Source: a virus
Lineage: Duplodnaviria; Caudoviricetes
Direction: 5' to 3' (one strand)
Virus record (IMG/VR): IMGVR_UViG_3300027749_004991
Location: 1 to 58,685 of that record
Length of the DNA: 58,685 bases
The position numbers were made by a program, and so were the translations under genes. Shown one piece after another: positions 56,990 to 58,685 of the stretch. The notes beneath the pieces are model-generated. The model did no database searches. It saw only the letters and a program-made list of their open reading frames with translations, and had not been told where the DNA came from. Positions within the stretch are counted from its first letter, which is position 1. Every line of letters begins with the position of its first letter.

Positions 56990-57334
56990 ATGAGTAACAT
57001 TAAAACAATCGTTGATCACATCGGACGTACTGTTGTAGGTGAAGAAGTTTCTAGTACCGCAGAAACACTGACTCTTAACAACCCAGTAATTATTCACGTT
57101 CAGCCAAATCCACAAACTAACCAGCTACAGGTTCAATCCTTCCCTTACATGTTTATGGAATTTATTAAACCATCTGCTAGAGATACCAATCAGTGGACGT
57201 TTAATAAGAGTAATATTGTTATTTCAACTGTAGAGCTTGATGACAATATTATTGCACAGTATCGTGCAATAAACAACCCAATCCCACAGCAGCCACAAGC
57301 TGACGCAGAAGTTATACGGTTGTTTGAAGACTGA
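56990..57334 (+). CDS. Hypothetical Sm-like protein
   Basis: G.TVVGE, L.NPV, QY pattern, in the gp43-uvsX interval, followed by a terminator. Confidence 0.6.
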   Translation: MSNIKTIVDHIGRTVVGEEVSSTAETLTLNNPVIIHVQPNPQTNQLQVQSFPYMFMEFIKPSARDTNQWTFNKSNIVISTVELDDNIIAQYRAINNPIPQQPQADAEVIRLFED

Positions 57335-57354
57335 TAGTCGATTACATATCATAT

Positions 57355-57387
57355 GAAAAGCCTGTTAGATACTCTAACAGGCTTTTC
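57355..57387 (+). terminator. Intrinsic terminator hairpin
   Basis: GAAAAGCCTGTTAGA tac TCTAACAGGCTTTTC 15-bp inverted repeat. Confidence 0.85.
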
Positions 57388-57400
57388 TCATTTAACTTAC

Positions 57401-57428
57401 TTGATATCTAATGATATTGTGTTATACT
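57401..57428 (+). promoter_or_regulatory. Sigma70-like promoter for uvsX
   Basis: TTGATA-N16-TATACT, 7 nt before ATG. Confidence 0.65.
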
Positions 57429-57435
57429 ATATGTA

Positions 57436-58533
57436 ATGAGTAAATTTGATGATAAAGAAATAGATAAGGCATTAGCTGAAATTGATGAGGTAAATCCGTT
57501 TGCAACCTATCTTAGCGATAGTACTCTTAGTAGAGTTGGTGGGTGGGTCGATACTGGTAGTTATGTACTCAATGCTATTATATCTGGCTCAATTCATGGC
57601 GGTATTCCTAAGGGCCGAGTTACTATGCTAGCTGGTGAGTCAATGACAGGCAAGTCGTTGTTCGTACAAAAGATTCTAGCAAAAGCTCAGCAAGAGGGAT
57701 TGATACCTGTTATTTTCGATACTGAAAACGCTATTGATCCAGAAGGTGCTGCTAGAATAGGCCTTGATATTGCTAAAGTAAAGTATGTACCTTGTATTAG
57801 CATTGAACAGACACGTAATGCATTGTTCAAATTCCTCACTGCTGTTAAGGAAAAGAAGCTCGAAGGTAAGTTTATTATAGCAATTGATTCCCTTGGTAAC
57901 TTGCAGAGTGAATTGGAGCTCGCAAGAATGGGTAAAGATAGTACTTCATCAGACATGGGTACTAAAGCACGTGCAATGAAGTCTCTTATGCAGACGTGTA
58001 CTAACTTAGGAGCTGTTACTCAAACAACTATACTTTGCACTAACCATGTGTATGATGACCCAACTGCTATGTTCCCGTCTATTGAAAAGCATATGCCAGG
58101 CGGTAAGTCGTGTGTGTATCTTCCATCCGTTACAGTTCAACTCGCCCGTAAGCCGATGAAGTCGGATGACGGTAAAACAACTGATGGAGAGCTTGCAGTT
58201 GGTCAGAAATCTTATGCTGGTATCATTATTAGAGCGCTTACTCGTAAGAATCGTTTCATTAAGCAATACCTTGAAGGTGAAATGTACCTGTCGTTTGCAA
58301 ACGGTTTGGATAGATACTATGGTTTGTTAGATCTAGCTGTTGGCCTTGGTGTCATTTCACAAAATGGAGCGACTTACGCTCTTGAAGATGGAACTAAGAT
58401 AGGATATTATAAGAATTTCAGAAAGGATAAAGAATTATGGGAAACTAAAATTCTACCTAGACTGGAAGAACGTATAAAAGGCGAGTGGTCGTATAGCAAT
58501 CTTGAAGTAGATGAAATTCCTGAAGAACTATGA
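57436..58533 (+). CDS. uvsX: RecA-like recombinase
   Basis: [38 protein letters not shown]. Confidence 0.93.
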   Translation: MSKFDDKEIDKALAEIDEVNPFATYLSDSTLSRVGGWVDTGSYVLNAIISGSIHGGIPKGRVTMLAGESMTGKSLFVQKILAKAQQEGLIPVIFDTENAIDPEGAARIGLDIAKVKYVPCISIEQTRNALFKFLTAVKEKKLEGKFIIAIDSLGNLQSELELARMGKDSTSSDMGTKARAMKSLMQTCTNLGAVTQTTILCTNHVYDDPTAMFPSIEKHMPGGKSCVYLPSVTVQLARKPMKSDDGKTTDGELAVGQKSYAGIIIRALTRKNRFIKQYLEGEMYLSFANGLDRYYGLLDLAVGLGVISQNGATYALEDGTKIGYYKNFRKDKELWETKILPRLEERIKGEWSYSNLEVDEIPEEL

Positions 58534-58685
58534 AAAATAAGTTAGTATTATTATTTAGCGGAGGAGCTGATAGCACAGTATTACTGTATATGGCTGCCGA
58601 CCAAGGTTATAAAGAAATTCATACTGTTACATTTGATTATGGTCAAAGACACAGTAGAGAAATGGCTTGTATTCCGAGGCAGATA
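58530..58685 (+). CDS. queC: 7-cyano-7-deazaguanine synthase, 5' end (truncated by window edge)
   Basis: Not in the ORF track; ATG 58530 overlaps the uvsX stop and reads [19 protein letters not shown]...[11 protein letters not shown], the SGGxDS and FDYGQRH QueC signature. Confidence 0.92.
   Translation, partial: MKNKLVLLFSGGADSTVLLYMAADQGYKEIHTVTFDYGQRHSREMACIPRQI

Noticed and set aside
793-58266. Numerous 60-125 aa ORFs nested in or antisense to long genes
   Set aside because: No motifs or promoter signals; expected shadows of real genes
1-58685. CRISPR array, intact tRNA/rRNA, introns or inteins in nrdA, gp23, gp43 or uvsX
   Set aside because: No regularly spaced repeats or full cloverleaf seen by eye; core genes are of normal length and uninterrupted
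1-58685. Stop-codon reassignment as in some large phages
   Set aside because: Core genes are full length under the standard code and TAA, TAG and TGA all end genes

Overview
AT-rich, densely coding segment of a large T4-like (myovirus) phage genome, read with the standard code; no CRISPR array, intact tRNA or rRNA gene is visible. It holds a rearranged head/neck module (gp15, gp20, gp13, gp4, gp21, gp22, gp23), a gp5-like baseplate hub split into two ORFs, and replication/recombination genes (nrdB end, nrdA, DinG-like helicase, gp62, uvsY, uvsW, gp55, gp47, gp46, gp43, uvsX). Accessory content: (1) a dispersed but complete preQ1 7-deazaguanine pathway (folE, queD, queE, queC, queF) plus a compact TGT-fold DpdA-like/PurN-like formyltransferase/kinase/queF operon, suggesting formyl-preQ1 DNA; (2) a 10 kb, 13-gene glycosyl-/methyltransferase island; (3) a late-expressed cassette of proteins with capsid-targeting-like N-termini (aspartic protease, HxGH nucleotidyltransferase, pol-beta NTase/RNA-ligase-like fusion, PD-(D/E)XK nuclease); (4) free-standing homing-type endonucleases, one apparently inserted into the gp23 terminator; (5) promoters placed 5-7 nt before start codons across the window, implying mostly leaderless mRNAs, including a GGAAC-N5-TAnnnT class; (6) a 23-nt tRNA 3'-end relic. 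All calls are from motif recognition by eye; no searches were run.
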